From IMG/VR virus record IMGVR_UViG_3300033405_000044, positions 1-38,330 of that record: a stretch of DNA of 38,330 nucleotides; one strand, written 5' to 3'. Positions 10,715 through 19,997 of the stretch are shown one piece after another. Made by a program: the position numbers and the translations under genes. The stretch's first letter is position 1, and every line of letters begins with the position of its first letter. Origin of the DNA: a virus (lineage: Duplodnaviria; Caudoviricetes). The notes under the pieces were generated by a model. It saw nothing but the letters and a program-made list of their open reading frames with translations, searched no databases and was not told the origin of the DNA.

Positions 10715-11098
10715 TTACCCGATCTCTTCAGGTTGGTCCGGATCGTCTTTTTTCTTGCTCAAGGCCGGGAACATGATCCCCTCGATGAACAAGACCCTCT
10801 CAAACGTCTCGATGCCCTCGCCGTATCCGCCGCAAATCCCCATCGCCTTCTCGGCGTCTATGGGGAGAACCGCCCCGCCCATGCCGTCAAAGGGGCGACC
10901 GTGCTGGTTGCAAACGGACCAGATTTGCCAGGCCGGCACGTTGGCCGGGGCAAGCACTGGTTCCTCGTATTCGCAGCCGTCGCAGGGCGGTTCATCGTCA
11001 AGCTCCTGGAATGTCTGTGCGCAGGCCTCGCAGGCTAGCGCTTGGCCGTCGGAGCTGGCGCGGCGGGCTTGCCACTCGCACCAGCGTCGAAGTTTTTT
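10715..11098 (-). CDS. Tail assembly chaperone, frameshifted C-terminal part (gpGT-like)
   Basis: Entered by a -1 slip at A AAA AAC (11092-11098); KKLRRWCEW...CEAC...PPCDGC...N.PAWQIW. Confidence 0.8.
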   Translation of the reverse strand, partial: KKLRRWCEWQARRASSDGQALACEACAQTFQELDDEPPCDGCEYEEPVLAPANVPAWQIWSVCNQHGRPFDGMGGAVLPIDAEKAMGICGGYGEGIETFERVLFIEGIMFPALSKKKDDPDQPEEIG

Positions 11099-11451
11099 CC
11101 TTCGCCCTCCACCACTTCGGCGGCGGCGGCCGAAATCTCGGCGAGAACGCGGTCGATGTGCTCGTGGTTGAACTCGCACATCTTCTCGATGAGGGCGTCG
11201 GAGCGCGTGGCCGGGGCGCCGTCTTCGCCGATGAGGCCGGAAAGGATGCCCTTGATCATCGCCTTGGCCCTGGCGACGAAATATTCGGGCGAAAGAACCT
11301 CGCGCATTTCGCCAGCGATCCGCTTGTGTTCCATGTGGTCCTTGGCCAGCTTGCGCTCTTCGGAGCGCGACAACGGATGGCCGGCGTACAAAACGCCGTC
11401 GACCAGAACGTGCACCTTGCGTTCGCTGTCAAAATCCAATTTCAGAGCCAT
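11035..11451 (-). CDS. Tail assembly chaperone (gpG-like, 138 aa)
   Basis: Between tail tube and tape measure; GGGAGG RBS; slippery heptamer near the 3' end. Confidence 0.82.
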   Translation of the reverse strand: MALKLDFDSERKVHVLVDGVLYAGHPLSRSEERKLAKDHMEHKRIAGEMREVLSPEYFVARAKAMIKGILSGLIGEDGAPATRSDALIEKMCEFNHEHIDRVLAEISAAAAEVVEGEGKNFDAGASGKPAAPAPTAKR

Positions 11452-11553
11452 ATTCCCTCCCGGGATGTGTTTTCCCGGAGTTGAGAGGGGCGGGGAAACG
11501 CGCCGGGTCGCGCTTTCGGGCCATGAAAACCCTATCCCCGCCCCTGCGGAAGC

Positions 11554-11715
11554 CTAGATGGCGCCGGAGCCGCCTTTTTCGCGCATCTTGTTGGCCTGGT
11601 TCTCGGCGTCCATCTCGCCGCCTTCGTGGCTGGTGTGCCCGACCTCTCCCGCCTGGGCCTCGGTCAGGCCGTCGGTCAGGCCGTCGTCTTTTTTGTCGCC
11701 TTCGTCGCCGCTCAT
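11554..11715 (-). CDS. Small acidic hypothetical protein (53 aa)
   Basis: Not in the track. GGAGG RBS, then MSGDEGDKKDDGLTDGLTEAQAGEVGHTSHEGGEMDAENQANKMREKGGSGAI*. Confidence 0.6.
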   Translation of the reverse strand: MSGDEGDKKDDGLTDGLTEAQAGEVGHTSHEGGEMDAENQANKMREKGGSGAI

Positions 11716-11740
11716 GGGGAAATCCTCCGGTGGTTAAGGG

Positions 11741-12922
11741 TTAAGCGAAGGTCATGGTCATCGAGTCTTCGCCGTTGCCGCTGTTGGAAATCGCGGTGTA
11801 TTTCATGTCGAATTCCACGGCCGGGGCGTTGTTCTTGAGCTGGGGCACCTCGAAGACGCACTTGGGCATGCTTAGGGTGACGGTCGAACCGGCGGTCGAA
11901 CCCACCTGGATCGAGAGCGATCCCTTGTTCATGCTCATGCCCTCGGTGATGAAGTCGATGTCGTTGCGGCGCAGGTAGCTGTGAAGGGTTCCGTTGATGG
12001 TGCGCTGGGACGGGATGTAGGCCTGCGGATACCCGGACGAAGTGATCTCGTCGTCGAGGATCTTGACCGAGTCGGCGTAGGAGAAGTCCAGGCCCTTGAG
12101 GTTGTGCTGGGCGCTTTCCACGGTGAAAAGCGACTGGCGGAAGGCCAGGGGGGAACCGATGGCGTTCCCGGCCGGGAGGTAGCCCTGGATGGTGTCGCCG
12201 CTGGCCCAGCCGCCGGTCCCGACGATGCCGGGGGAGATGGTCAGGGTGTTCCCGGCCACGGCCGTGACGGTGTAGCCGTTGGTCGCGTGGTCGCCGACGC
12301 CGGCATTGAAGGACGAGTCGTAGATGACCGAGCCGACCGTGAACTTGGAGCCGTCGTCGACGGTGATGGAGGTGGCGGCGGCGGCAGCAGCGGCGGTAAG
12401 CTGGGCGGTACCCGCGTAGCCGAGCTGGAGGAACTGGCCGCTGAAGGTGCACAGCGCGCCGCCCTTGGTCGTGAAGCCCATCTTCATGGCGTCGATGACG
12501 GCGCCCGCGGCGTTGAAGACCGTGTTGCCACGCAGGTACCAGAGAGACAGGGACGGCTTGGAAACCTGCTGGGAGTAGACCACGGAGGTCGAGGCGTTGA
12601 TGGTCTGCTTGCCGAAGAGGCTGGTGAACAGGTTCGCGCCCTGGGGGATCGAACCGAGGGTGCCGCTCGGGCGCAGGTACATCGGGATGGTGAACGTGCC
12701 CGCCGGGGTGACGTTCTGGAACATGGCCAGAATGTCGCGCGAGTAGATCACCTCGTCCGAGTTCACGAAGGCCGGGTTCTGGTTCAAGTCCGGGAAGCCG
12801 GCCGGCACCACGAGATCGGTGTTCGAGGCGGCCGGGAATTGGAGAGTCCCCGGCGTCGTTTCGAGCGTGGCGAAAAGACTGGTTTGGTATGCCAGGGCAA
12901 TGCTGTTCGCGAGCGCGGTCAT
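11741..12922 (-). CDS. Major tail tube protein (393 aa)
   Basis: AAGGAG RBS; position after the tail terminator; beta-rich with an internal insertion. Confidence 0.85.
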   Translation of the reverse strand: MTALANSIALAYQTSLFATLETTPGTLQFPAASNTDLVVPAGFPDLNQNPAFVNSDEVIYSRDILAMFQNVTPAGTFTIPMYLRPSGTLGSIPQGANLFTSLFGKQTINASTSVVYSQQVSKPSLSLWYLRGNTVFNAAGAVIDAMKMGFTTKGGALCTFSGQFLQLGYAGTAQLTAAAAAAATSITVDDGSKFTVGSVIYDSSFNAGVGDHATNGYTVTAVAGNTLTISPGIVGTGGWASGDTIQGYLPAGNAIGSPLAFRQSLFTVESAQHNLKGLDFSYADSVKILDDEITSSGYPQAYIPSQRTINGTLHSYLRRNDIDFITEGMSMNKGSLSIQVGSTAGSTVTLSMPKCVFEVPQLKNNAPAVEFDMKYTAISNSGNGEDSMTMTFA

Positions 12923-12934
12923 GATGTTGCTCCT

Positions 12935-13345
12935 TTAAGGCGTCCAGCACCACCAGGGCGCTGTGACGGTGTGTTGGTAGTGGCCCTCGGGGTCCGGGCC
13001 GTCTTCGTCCGTGTACGGCTCCTCGAAATAGAGCCCTTCGCCGTCGGCCGAGGTGAGCGTGGTCCAGCGGAAAAGCGCTTCGACCTGGGCCGCCAGGTTT
13101 CCTCCGAGTTGCGAGCCGTCGCCCGGGGCTGTGATGATCTGGACCTTCACGGAGCCCACGCGCTTCCCGTTGCCGAAACCGCTGGCCGGTATTTCCTGGG
13201 CGGTCGTCTTGCCGGGGAGCACGTAGAGCGAGATCCATGGCGGGGCGGCGAAATCCACCGGTACGTTGGCGAAAGCCGTCTGCGTGCAGGGCGATACCGG
13301 CACGAAGAAGGTTTGGATGGTGCGGGTGATGACGTCGGGCGTCAT
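12935..13345 (-). CDS. Tail terminator-like protein (136 aa; start revised to MTPDVITR)
   Basis: ATGA overlap with the upstream gene; F.NVP..PPWI..RVG.V.VQI..P GDG..YQ.TVTAPW motif. Confidence 0.75.
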   Translation of the reverse strand: MTPDVITRTIQTFFVPVSPCTQTAFANVPVDFAAPPWISLYVLPGKTTAQEIPASGFGNGKRVGSVKVQIITAPGDGSQLGGNLAAQVEALFRWTTLTSADGEGLYFEEPYTDEDGPDPEGHYQHTVTAPWWCWTP

Positions 13346-13857
13346 GGCGTCGCCTCGAAGCCGAGTTCGGCGGCGCTTTTCTCGAAGAAGTCGGCGAACC
13401 TGGCCAGGCCGTTGGCGATGAACCCGTTTGGAGCCTTCTTGCTGTGGCCGTTCTCCAGGTAGGTGACGTATTCGACGTTGTTCTCGATGTTGTAGACGAC
13501 CTTGGCCGTGGGCAGCCCAGGGAACTTCGAGAGGTCGACACCGGTGTAGTCCCCGGGCGGCGGCGCATAGTCGCTCTCGCTGTCCACGCTGACCTGCCAC
13601 CCGGACGCGCAGCGCCCGGTGTCCTTCGGGGTGGTGTTGATGAACTCGCCCACCAGTTGGAACACGGCCTTTTTGACGACGAGGCTGGCTTTGGTCGGCA
13701 ACATCTCGGCCAAGCTGTTCAGGGCTTCCCCAAACTCGGCCGCTGTGTCGTAGACGCGGTCCAGCGCGGTGGCCAGGTTGCCCTCGTCATCCACGAGGCC
13801 CGAGAGGTCGACGTTGCTGGTGCCGGTGAGGCCGTTGGCTTTGGATTTTCCGGCCAT
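13342..13857 (-). CDS. HK97 gp10-like tail completion protein (start revised to MAGKSK)
   Basis: TPKDTGRCASGW and IENNVEYVTYLENGHSKKAPNGF motifs. Confidence 0.8.
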   Translation of the reverse strand: MAGKSKANGLTGTSNVDLSGLVDDEGNLATALDRVYDTAAEFGEALNSLAEMLPTKASLVVKKAVFQLVGEFINTTPKDTGRCASGWQVSVDSESDYAPPPGDYTGVDLSKFPGLPTAKVVYNIENNVEYVTYLENGHSKKAPNGFIANGLARFADFFEKSAAELGFEATP

Positions 13858-14216
13858 CACTGCCTCACCTGCACATCGTAGTAGAGGGGGATGGCCGCCG
13901 GGCCGACCGTGTTCACGTTCACCACGTTCCACGTCGCGGCGCCCATCGTGATCTTGTCGCCGGCGACCGGCGGCTGGGCCACGCCCGATGCCGCGATGTA
14001 GAAGCGCTGATCATCGGAGAGCACCGAAGTCCCATTGACCATGAAGGCGTCGTACTGATCGATCACGCCAAGGCACGGAACCTGGACGATGGTCGAAGGA
14101 TCCTTTTTGCCGGTGGCCGGATTGAACGCGCCGGAGGCCTCCTTGACGATGGTCATGGAGCAGCCGTAGGTGGTCAGCATCGAGAGCACCGTGGAAGCCA
14201 GGGAGGGGTAATCCAT
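13857..14216 (-). CDS. Head closure / head-tail joining protein (119 aa)
   Basis: Position in the neck module; G.FNPATG and P.AGDKI motifs. Confidence 0.72.
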   Translation of the reverse strand: MDYPSLASTVLSMLTTYGCSMTIVKEASGAFNPATGKKDPSTIVQVPCLGVIDQYDAFMVNGTSVLSDDQRFYIAASGVAQPPVAGDKITMGAATWNVVNVNTVGPAAIPLYYDVQVRQ

Positions 14217-14219
14217 CGC

Positions 14220-14762
14220 CTATCCCCTCACGAGCTCGATGCTGTTTTTGGATTTGAGCAGCGGCCGGATCCATGCCATGACGCTCTGAAAGGTCGTCCC
14301 GGCCGGCGCCGAGGCCATGTACGTGATGTCGACCGGGCCGACTTTCTCGCGCAAGGTCAGGCCGCCCCGGGGAAGGTCCGGCATCATGTCAGTCCCCACG
14401 AGGTAACGCAGCGCGGCCTCGCATTGGGCATACAAGACGAGGTAGGGCACCTCGTTGGACGCCCAATACATGCCGTAGGAGGCCCAGGCCGGAAGGCCGC
14501 TGGCATGCCCCGTGACGGTCCAATCCTCGATCGGGACGCCGAAGCGAGGCCAGCACATGGTGTATTCGTAATTCACCTTGGTTCCGCGCCAGCGCAATCC
14601 GTTCAGGAACTGGCCGGCGCGGATCAGGGCCGCCTCCATCGCCGCCTCGGTTCCTGCCCAGGCGGCGATGGCGCGGTCGGAGAAATAGGAGCTGGCATAG
14701 GTGCTATCCACAAAGGTGTTGGATCCTGGGACGCCAGCTCCGGTTTCGATTACGAGTGTCAT
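14220..14762 (-). CDS. Head-tail adaptor (DnaT-like domain family, 180 aa)
   Basis: LVIETGAGVPGSNTFV..EAALIRA..WRG..WPR..AQCEAA..REKVGPVDITY. Confidence 0.8.
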   Translation of the reverse strand: MTLVIETGAGVPGSNTFVDSTYASSYFSDRAIAAWAGTEAAMEAALIRAGQFLNGLRWRGTKVNYEYTMCWPRFGVPIEDWTVTGHASGLPAWASYGMYWASNEVPYLVLYAQCEAALRYLVGTDMMPDLPRGGLTLREKVGPVDITYMASAPAGTTFQSVMAWIRPLLKSKNSIELVRG

Positions 14763-14780
14763 GGCGTTGCCGGTGGATGC

Positions 14781-14942
14781 TTAGTCCACGACCGTCCAGC
14801 CGGCCTTTTCGTGCGCCGCAACGCAGGACGGGTGCACGTTCAGGTATTTGCCGGTCTTGTGGACCTTAACCATGCCCTCTTCGGACTGATCCTCGGGGAT
14901 CAGGGGCTCGTCGGGCTTTTCGTCGATGTCTTTCTTGGCCAT
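14781..14942 (-). CDS. Small protein after the capsid gene (53 aa)
   Basis: Not in the track. AAGGAG RBS; MAKKDIDEKPDEPLIPEDQSEEGMVKVHKTGKYLNVHPSCVAAHEKAGWTVVD*. Confidence 0.7.
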   Translation of the reverse strand: MAKKDIDEKPDEPLIPEDQSEEGMVKVHKTGKYLNVHPSCVAAHEKAGWTVVD

Positions 14943-14971
14943 CGGGCTTCTCCTTCTTGGTCTAGTTGAGG

Positions 14972-16120
14972 TTAGCCGATCATCGTGGCGATGAATTCGC
15001 TCTTGATGGCCTTCACGCCCCAGGCCAGGCCGATTTCGTACTTGATCCGGCGGTAGAGACGGTAAACGGCCACCTGGAAGGTCAGTCCCGAAACCGGATC
15101 GGTGACGAGCATCACGTCGTCCGCCAGGTCGCCGCCGTCGGGCATGGCCGGGACTCGGGCGAGCAGCTTGATGGCGTTCTGGTGGAAAGCCATGTTGGCG
15201 GTATAAGAGCCGCCGATGGTCATGGCGTTGCCGGTCGGGATGACCACGCGTGCGCCGGGGTTGTTCAGCGAGATGGTGCCGGGCGCGGCCACACCGGCCC
15301 CGACGACGTACTGGTTGTTGGCGTCGGCGGCGAAACTCACGATGTCGCCGGCGTTCACGGTGCCGGTGCCGGTGGCCAGGGCGATGGCGTCGACGCCCAA
15401 GGCGGTCGCGCCGGAGGTGACGTAGCCCGCGCCGGTGCCCTTGGTGACGTTCTGGACCTGGGCGGAAACGCCGATCTGGAACCCCTCCAACTCGCCGATG
15501 GTACCGCGCCGAAGTAGGTCGTCGGTGCCGGCCTCGTTGACTTTGAAGAGCACGTTCTGCTTGCCGCGCAGAGTGGCGGCGGCGGTGGTGCCGAGGATGC
15601 AGCGCAGGTCGGACATCGGAGCACCGTTGTCCTCCAGAATCTTGCGGGTCTGGGCGATGTTGGAGAGGTCCCCTGCAGTCCCGAAGGGCGGCGTTCCTGG
15701 AGTTCCGTAGGCGCGGGAAGCGCTCTGGTAGGCGACCACGGCCAGGTTGGCTTCCACCTGATTGACCAGGGCGCGCATGGACTGCGCGAATTGCTGGGCC
15801 AGGGTCAGCGCATAGGTGCCGGTCTGCTGGTAGCCCTTCAATTCTTCACCGGACCACCGGATCGGCGAGTACATCGAGTTGGTGATCTGGATTTGCGTGG
15901 TGCCGATGGTCTGGTCGCCGTCGTCCGGGGGCAGCTGGCCCGGGACGATGTTGCCGGTGGTGGCCGGCTGGGTGACGGGGACGGTGATGTATTGGTTCAG
16001 CGCCGCCTGTTCGGCCTTGGCGTTGATGTCGACGGCCGGGATGAAGCCCACCATTTCGCGGGCGACCATGTCCATGCCGGCGTAGATGACCGGGATAAGA
16101 TTGGTAAGCGTATTGGCCAT
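14972..16120 (-). CDS. Major capsid protein, P22 coat-like (382 aa)
   Basis: MANTLTNLIP..AREMVGFIPAV N-terminus; DPVSGLTFQVAVY..IGLAWGVKAIK C-terminus; AAGGAG RBS. Confidence 0.9.
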   Translation of the reverse strand: MANTLTNLIPVIYAGMDMVAREMVGFIPAVDINAKAEQAALNQYITVPVTQPATTGNIVPGQLPPDDGDQTIGTTQIQITNSMYSPIRWSGEELKGYQQTGTYALTLAQQFAQSMRALVNQVEANLAVVAYQSASRAYGTPGTPPFGTAGDLSNIAQTRKILEDNGAPMSDLRCILGTTAAATLRGKQNVLFKVNEAGTDDLLRRGTIGELEGFQIGVSAQVQNVTKGTGAGYVTSGATALGVDAIALATGTGTVNAGDIVSFAADANNQYVVGAGVAAPGTISLNNPGARVVIPTGNAMTIGGSYTANMAFHQNAIKLLARVPAMPDGGDLADDVMLVTDPVSGLTFQVAVYRLYRRIKYEIGLAWGVKAIKSEFIATMIG

Positions 16121-16132
16121 TTTCTCGTCTCC

Positions 16133-16879
16133 TTAGTCGGTTACGATCCCGCCGCTCTTGGTGAAGGCCATCTGAGCGTTGGGATTGAGGTTGAAAAATT
16201 GGGCGCGTGAAATGCTCTTGTCCGAGCTGCCGCCCCCAGCCGAGCGCTGCGAGCCGCCGCCGGAAGCACCGCTTCCTTCGAAAGCGCGCCCGAAGACGTC
16301 GGACTTCTTCATCTCGGCCACGAGGTCCGGAATGGTCATGGGCGTGCCTTTGGAATCGCTGATGCGGGGATTGCCCGCCTTGTCCACGACCTGGACGACG
16401 TATTCATCGCCGTCCTTGACCACCCTCACGGAGGCCTTGACATGCGGGAGCAGGAGGGCCGGAACGCCCTTGGCCTCGGCGATGGCCGCCGTGGCATTGG
16501 CGTCCACGAGGTAGTTTTCCAAGGCTTTGGTCATGGCCGAAATCTCTCCGTCCTTGAGCGAAATTTCCTTGGTGTGCTTTTCCACGAGCTGATTTTTGAG
16601 GGTGTCGAACTGGCCCTTCTTCTCGGCGTCGAGCGCGGCGCGCTCCTCGGCCTCTTTCTTGAGCTTGGTGTATTCCTCTGGGTCCACGTCCTTGAGCTGC
16701 CCGTACTTCTTCTCGAAATCGCGGGCTCGGGCGCGTTCTTTGTCCAACGCCGATTTGAGGCCGGCCGTGTCTTCGATGCCGTCGACGTCGAGGTGGAACT
16801 TCCCGTCCCGCTCGACGTAAAAAGTCTTCTGGCCTTCATCGACGCCGTCCAAGGTGTCCAAAGTGAGCTTCAGGGCCAT
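16133..16879 (-). CDS. Capsid scaffold / assembly protein (248 aa)
   Basis: Charged coiled coil with G/S-rich tail, directly upstream of the capsid gene. Confidence 0.8.
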   Translation of the reverse strand: MALKLTLDTLDGVDEGQKTFYVERDGKFHLDVDGIEDTAGLKSALDKERARARDFEKKYGQLKDVDPEEYTKLKKEAEERAALDAEKKGQFDTLKNQLVEKHTKEISLKDGEISAMTKALENYLVDANATAAIAEAKGVPALLLPHVKASVRVVKDGDEYVVQVVDKAGNPRISDSKGTPMTIPDLVAEMKKSDVFGRAFEGSGASGGGSQRSAGGGSSDKSISRAQFFNLNPNAQMAFTKSGGIVTD

Positions 16880-16939
16880 GTTACGATCCCTCCCGGATCT
16901 TTGTGCCGCCCCGGCTCTCCCGGCTTGGCGTTAAAATTG

Positions 16940-16986
16940 GAAAGGCCCCGTGAAGAGCGCGTCTTGCGCTCCGTCCGGGGCCTTTC
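16940..16986 (-). terminator. GC-rich stem-loop in the scaffold leader (terminator, attenuator or processing site)
   Basis: GAAAGGCCCCG...CGGGGCCTTTC arms with an inner GAGCGC/GCGCTC stem; followed by CAATTTT on the minus strand. Confidence 0.45.
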
Positions 16987-17039
16987 TGAAACCTGAAAAT
17001 TCAGGGCTTCTAGGTAACCCGCTTCACGTTTGAAGCGGT

Positions 17040-17081
17040 CATGGCAAAAGAAAAGACGGAAAACCCTATAAGTTCGTAAAT
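17040..17081 (-). promoter_or_regulatory. Putative activator-dependent late promoter, copy 1 (head operon)
   Basis: 42-bp element identical at 39/42 positions to 22479-22520; intergenic, upstream of scaffold and capsid. Confidence 0.7.
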
Positions 17082-17103
17082 TGGTCTCGGATGGTCTCGG
17101 CCT

Positions 17104-18681
17104 TTACGTGGGAGCTCCGAGTTGCGGCGCGATAGGCGATGTCCCCGGCGCGGGAGCGCCAGGTTCGGCTGTTCCACCATGGCCGGCCGCCGCTAGCAGC
17201 TTGTCCACGATTGAACCCCCTGGCGCGACGGGCCCCGGCTTTTGCCGGGAGTCATCCTCGAGCAGCTTGGCCTCTTCGACAGGATCGAAGTCGTCGGCGA
17301 GCAGGCCACGGCGCTTGAGCTCGTTCCAGACGGTTTCCTTGGAAAGCAGGCCACCCTGGAAGGCCTGGAGCAACTGAGGTAATTCCAGGCCGGACATGAA
17401 CAAGCCGTAATCGGTGTTGACGTTGACGCCGCCGCATTCCGCCTTGGCCTTACCCACCCATGCGCCCATATATTGCAACGTGAGCTTGAGTGAGCCAGCG
17501 AGCAAGAGCGCCCAGGACTGCAGGGTCGAATGCGCCTCGCTGGTGTCGATGGCTTTTTCCGTGGCCGTGATGGTGCCGGTTTTGCCCACAACGGTCGGCT
17601 CCATGGCCATGCGGTTCATGCGCGATTCAAGATCGTCCAGCGATTCCTTCCCCGATTTAACCGCAGCGCCGGTGTGCTCGACGTAGCTCAGCTTGGCTTC
17701 GGGGCTCGAAGCCTTGATCATGTGGTTCGGCCCGATCTCGACTGAGGAGTCATCATCCCCGAGCCCGCAACCGAAAAGGAGCGGGAAACGGATGAAATGC
17801 AGGGTGTTTTCCTGGTCGGACGAGGATCGCCAGTGCAAAGCGTTGAGATCGGCCAGGTCGGCCAGCGGCGGCACGCCAAGCATGAAATCCGTGCGGCCGG
17901 TGTAGATCGGCACGATCGGGATGAAGTCGATGCTCATCACTCCGGACAATTCGGGCATGATGGTCCATATCTCTTTTCCGTCCTTGTCTTTCGCGTCCTC
18001 CAACTGATGCGCGGTGAACGCGCAGTGCTGCGCTCCGTCCTTTTCGATGATCTGGAGCAGCCGGACGCGCTTCACGATCTTTTCGCTGTAGGGCCCGGAG
18101 GTCTCGACGCTCGTTTCGCGGATGCGCGCCTCGGTCAGCGTTTGAACACCGTTGATGAGCTGGGACTTGAAGCCGATGAGGTCTTCGCTTTTGACATGAA
18201 CGCAATATGGCCGGGCCCCGACCTTGCGCTCGTCATCGAGGGTGCCTCCCTCGGCCACGCGCGGGAAATCGACGAGGATGTAGCTGACACCGTAAAAGGC
18301 GTCCGTGAAAACCTCCTTGGCGAAGGAGTGGATGTCGCTTCCGGCCAGATCGATGTTTTCACACCATTCCGCGAGGTCGTCCGGCGTCTCGTCTTTGCAG
18401 GTCAAAGGCTTGGAAAACACCATGCCGACGAGATCCTGCACCGCTTTCCGGTAGGCGTTGTAGAGCACCGAGCGCGAAACCCGGATTTCCCAGGCCATCG
18501 ATGTCTCGGCCGGCTCCTGGGGCAGATACTTGGCCCCGGCCTTGCGCATCGCCTGTGTGCCGCCCATGAGCGCCCGAGGGAGTTCGCGCATCTTTTCCAT
18601 GGCCTGATAAGCCAGGGAGGGGGAATTGACGTTGGCTTCCTGCTGGCCGCCTTCCGGCATAATGACTGGCGTTTCTGGCAT
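17104..18681 (-). CDS. Portal protein (DUF4055-like, 525 aa)
   Basis: Follows terL; GGTQAMRKAG.KYLPQ, IDLAG, PPLADLA.LN..HWRSSSD motifs. Confidence 0.88.
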   Translation of the reverse strand: MPETPVIMPEGGQQEANVNSPSLAYQAMEKMRELPRALMGGTQAMRKAGAKYLPQEPAETSMAWEIRVSRSVLYNAYRKAVQDLVGMVFSKPLTCKDETPDDLAEWCENIDLAGSDIHSFAKEVFTDAFYGVSYILVDFPRVAEGGTLDDERKVGARPYCVHVKSEDLIGFKSQLINGVQTLTEARIRETSVETSGPYSEKIVKRVRLLQIIEKDGAQHCAFTAHQLEDAKDKDGKEIWTIMPELSGVMSIDFIPIVPIYTGRTDFMLGVPPLADLADLNALHWRSSSDQENTLHFIRFPLLFGCGLGDDDSSVEIGPNHMIKASSPEAKLSYVEHTGAAVKSGKESLDDLESRMNRMAMEPTVVGKTGTITATEKAIDTSEAHSTLQSWALLLAGSLKLTLQYMGAWVGKAKAECGGVNVNTDYGLFMSGLELPQLLQAFQGGLLSKETVWNELKRRGLLADDFDPVEEAKLLEDDSRQKPGPVAPGGSIVDKLLAAAGHGGTAEPGAPAPGTSPIAPQLGAPT

Positions 18682-18689
18682 GGTGGACC

Positions 18690-19997
18690 TCAGATCAGGA
18701 ATTGTTTGGAACTCGTCGCCCGGCGCACAACCGGGAATTCATGGTGGATGAAATAGCCACCGGCGTCGGTTGGGTGATCGTGCCCGTTGCTCTTGTCCGG
18801 CTCGCCATTGGCCGCCCAGGCCTGCTGTTCAAGCGCGTCGGCGTAGGTCGGGCAGAGGGCGTCGTTGATCAGATAGCGCCGCTCGCCGGCGGCGTTCGAG
18901 AACATGCCGTTCATGGCGTTCACGCGGTCTTTGACCGGGGGGTTGGCCGCTGGCGCGCACACGATGAACCCGGCCTGCTTGAGAAGGGCCAGGTCGGTTT
19001 GCGAGGCGTTCACGGATTTGCGCGAGTTGCCCGAGGCGTCCGGGTAGACGCGGATTTGCCTGGTCGCCCGGTAATCGGCGCCGTCGAATTTCCAGAAACG
19101 TTCTTTGAGCCGACGAATCATGTCCGGTGTATCATAGCCGTTCACGATCTCATCGACGGCCCTAGGAAGGCCTTCGCGCTTGACGTGGATGATCGCCGCC
19201 ATCTTGCCGACGTTGAAGTCCATGCCCACGAATATCGTCTCGCCGTCCTTCGCAACGTCGGCACAGCGATTTTCCACGCGGTTGTAGGAGGAATAGACGC
19301 TCCCGGTCTGCAGGTTGACGAACTTCCCGTCGATGTAGGCATCGATCAGGTTGGCCGGGTAGGACTGGAGTAGGCTCGTAATGTAATCGTCGGGGAGGTT
19401 GGCCGCATTGTCGTAGGTGGAGGCCTGGATTAGGCCGTAGGTGTCCCGCAGGCTTTCATTTGCCCGGGGCAGGTGGACGAACTGCTCGTAAACCCAACGG
19501 AACCCCTCCGGTGTGGTCGTGACATCGATTCCATTCTGCAGGCCTTCGGCCTTATGCCGCATGCGCGCCAGAATCTTGCGCCAGACCCCGGCCGCCTTGT
19601 CCTTGGTCATGACGTCAATCTCGTCGACCAGGGCCTTGCCGACCTTGAAGCCAACGATCGATCCAGGATCCTCCATCGACCGGCACAGGGCGGTCCCCAT
19701 GTAAATGCGGCCACGATAGACGTCGACCTCGTGATTGCCCACGCGGACTTTCGTGGTCAGGCCCCAATCCAGAAGCGTTTCTTCGACCGTCGGGTAAAAA
19801 ATATCTCTGATTTGGGGGTAGGTGGGGGCGAAGTAAGCGGCGTTGACCCGGGGGAATTCGTAGAAGTGTTTGGCCAGACCCGCGCAACCGGCCCAGGTCT
19901 TCCCGGCGCCGTAGCCGGCCACATAGGCTTTGAACTTGTTGGGGAGGGCCAAAAATTTGGCCTGGGGGACGTTCAGGCGCGGGGCGATGACCGTCAT
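18690..19997 (-). CDS. terL: Terminase large subunit (435 aa)
   Basis: Walker A GYGAGKT; Walker B LVDEID; nuclease motifs GMDFN and DH.TDA.GY. Confidence 0.95.
   Translation of the reverse strand: MTVIAPRLNVPQAKFLALPNKFKAYVAGYGAGKTWAGCAGLAKHFYEFPRVNAAYFAPTYPQIRDIFYPTVEETLLDWGLTTKVRVGNHEVDVYRGRIYMGTALCRSMEDPGSIVGFKVGKALVDEIDVMTKDKAAGVWRKILARMRHKAEGLQNGIDVTTTPEGFRWVYEQFVHLPRANESLRDTYGLIQASTYDNAANLPDDYITSLLQSYPANLIDAYIDGKFVNLQTGSVYSSYNRVENRCADVAKDGETIFVGMDFNVGKMAAIIHVKREGLPRAVDEIVNGYDTPDMIRRLKERFWKFDGADYRATRQIRVYPDASGNSRKSVNASQTDLALLKQAGFIVCAPAANPPVKDRVNAMNGMFSNAAGERRYLINDALCPTYADALEQQAWAANGEPDKSNGHDHPTDAGGYFIHHEFPVVRRATSSKQFLI

Noticed and set aside
11712-13568. 618-aa minus-strand ORF and similar Arg/His/Pro-rich alternative frames (2877-3893, 6060-7322)
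   Set aside because: Off-frame reads of real tail genes with typical shadow composition
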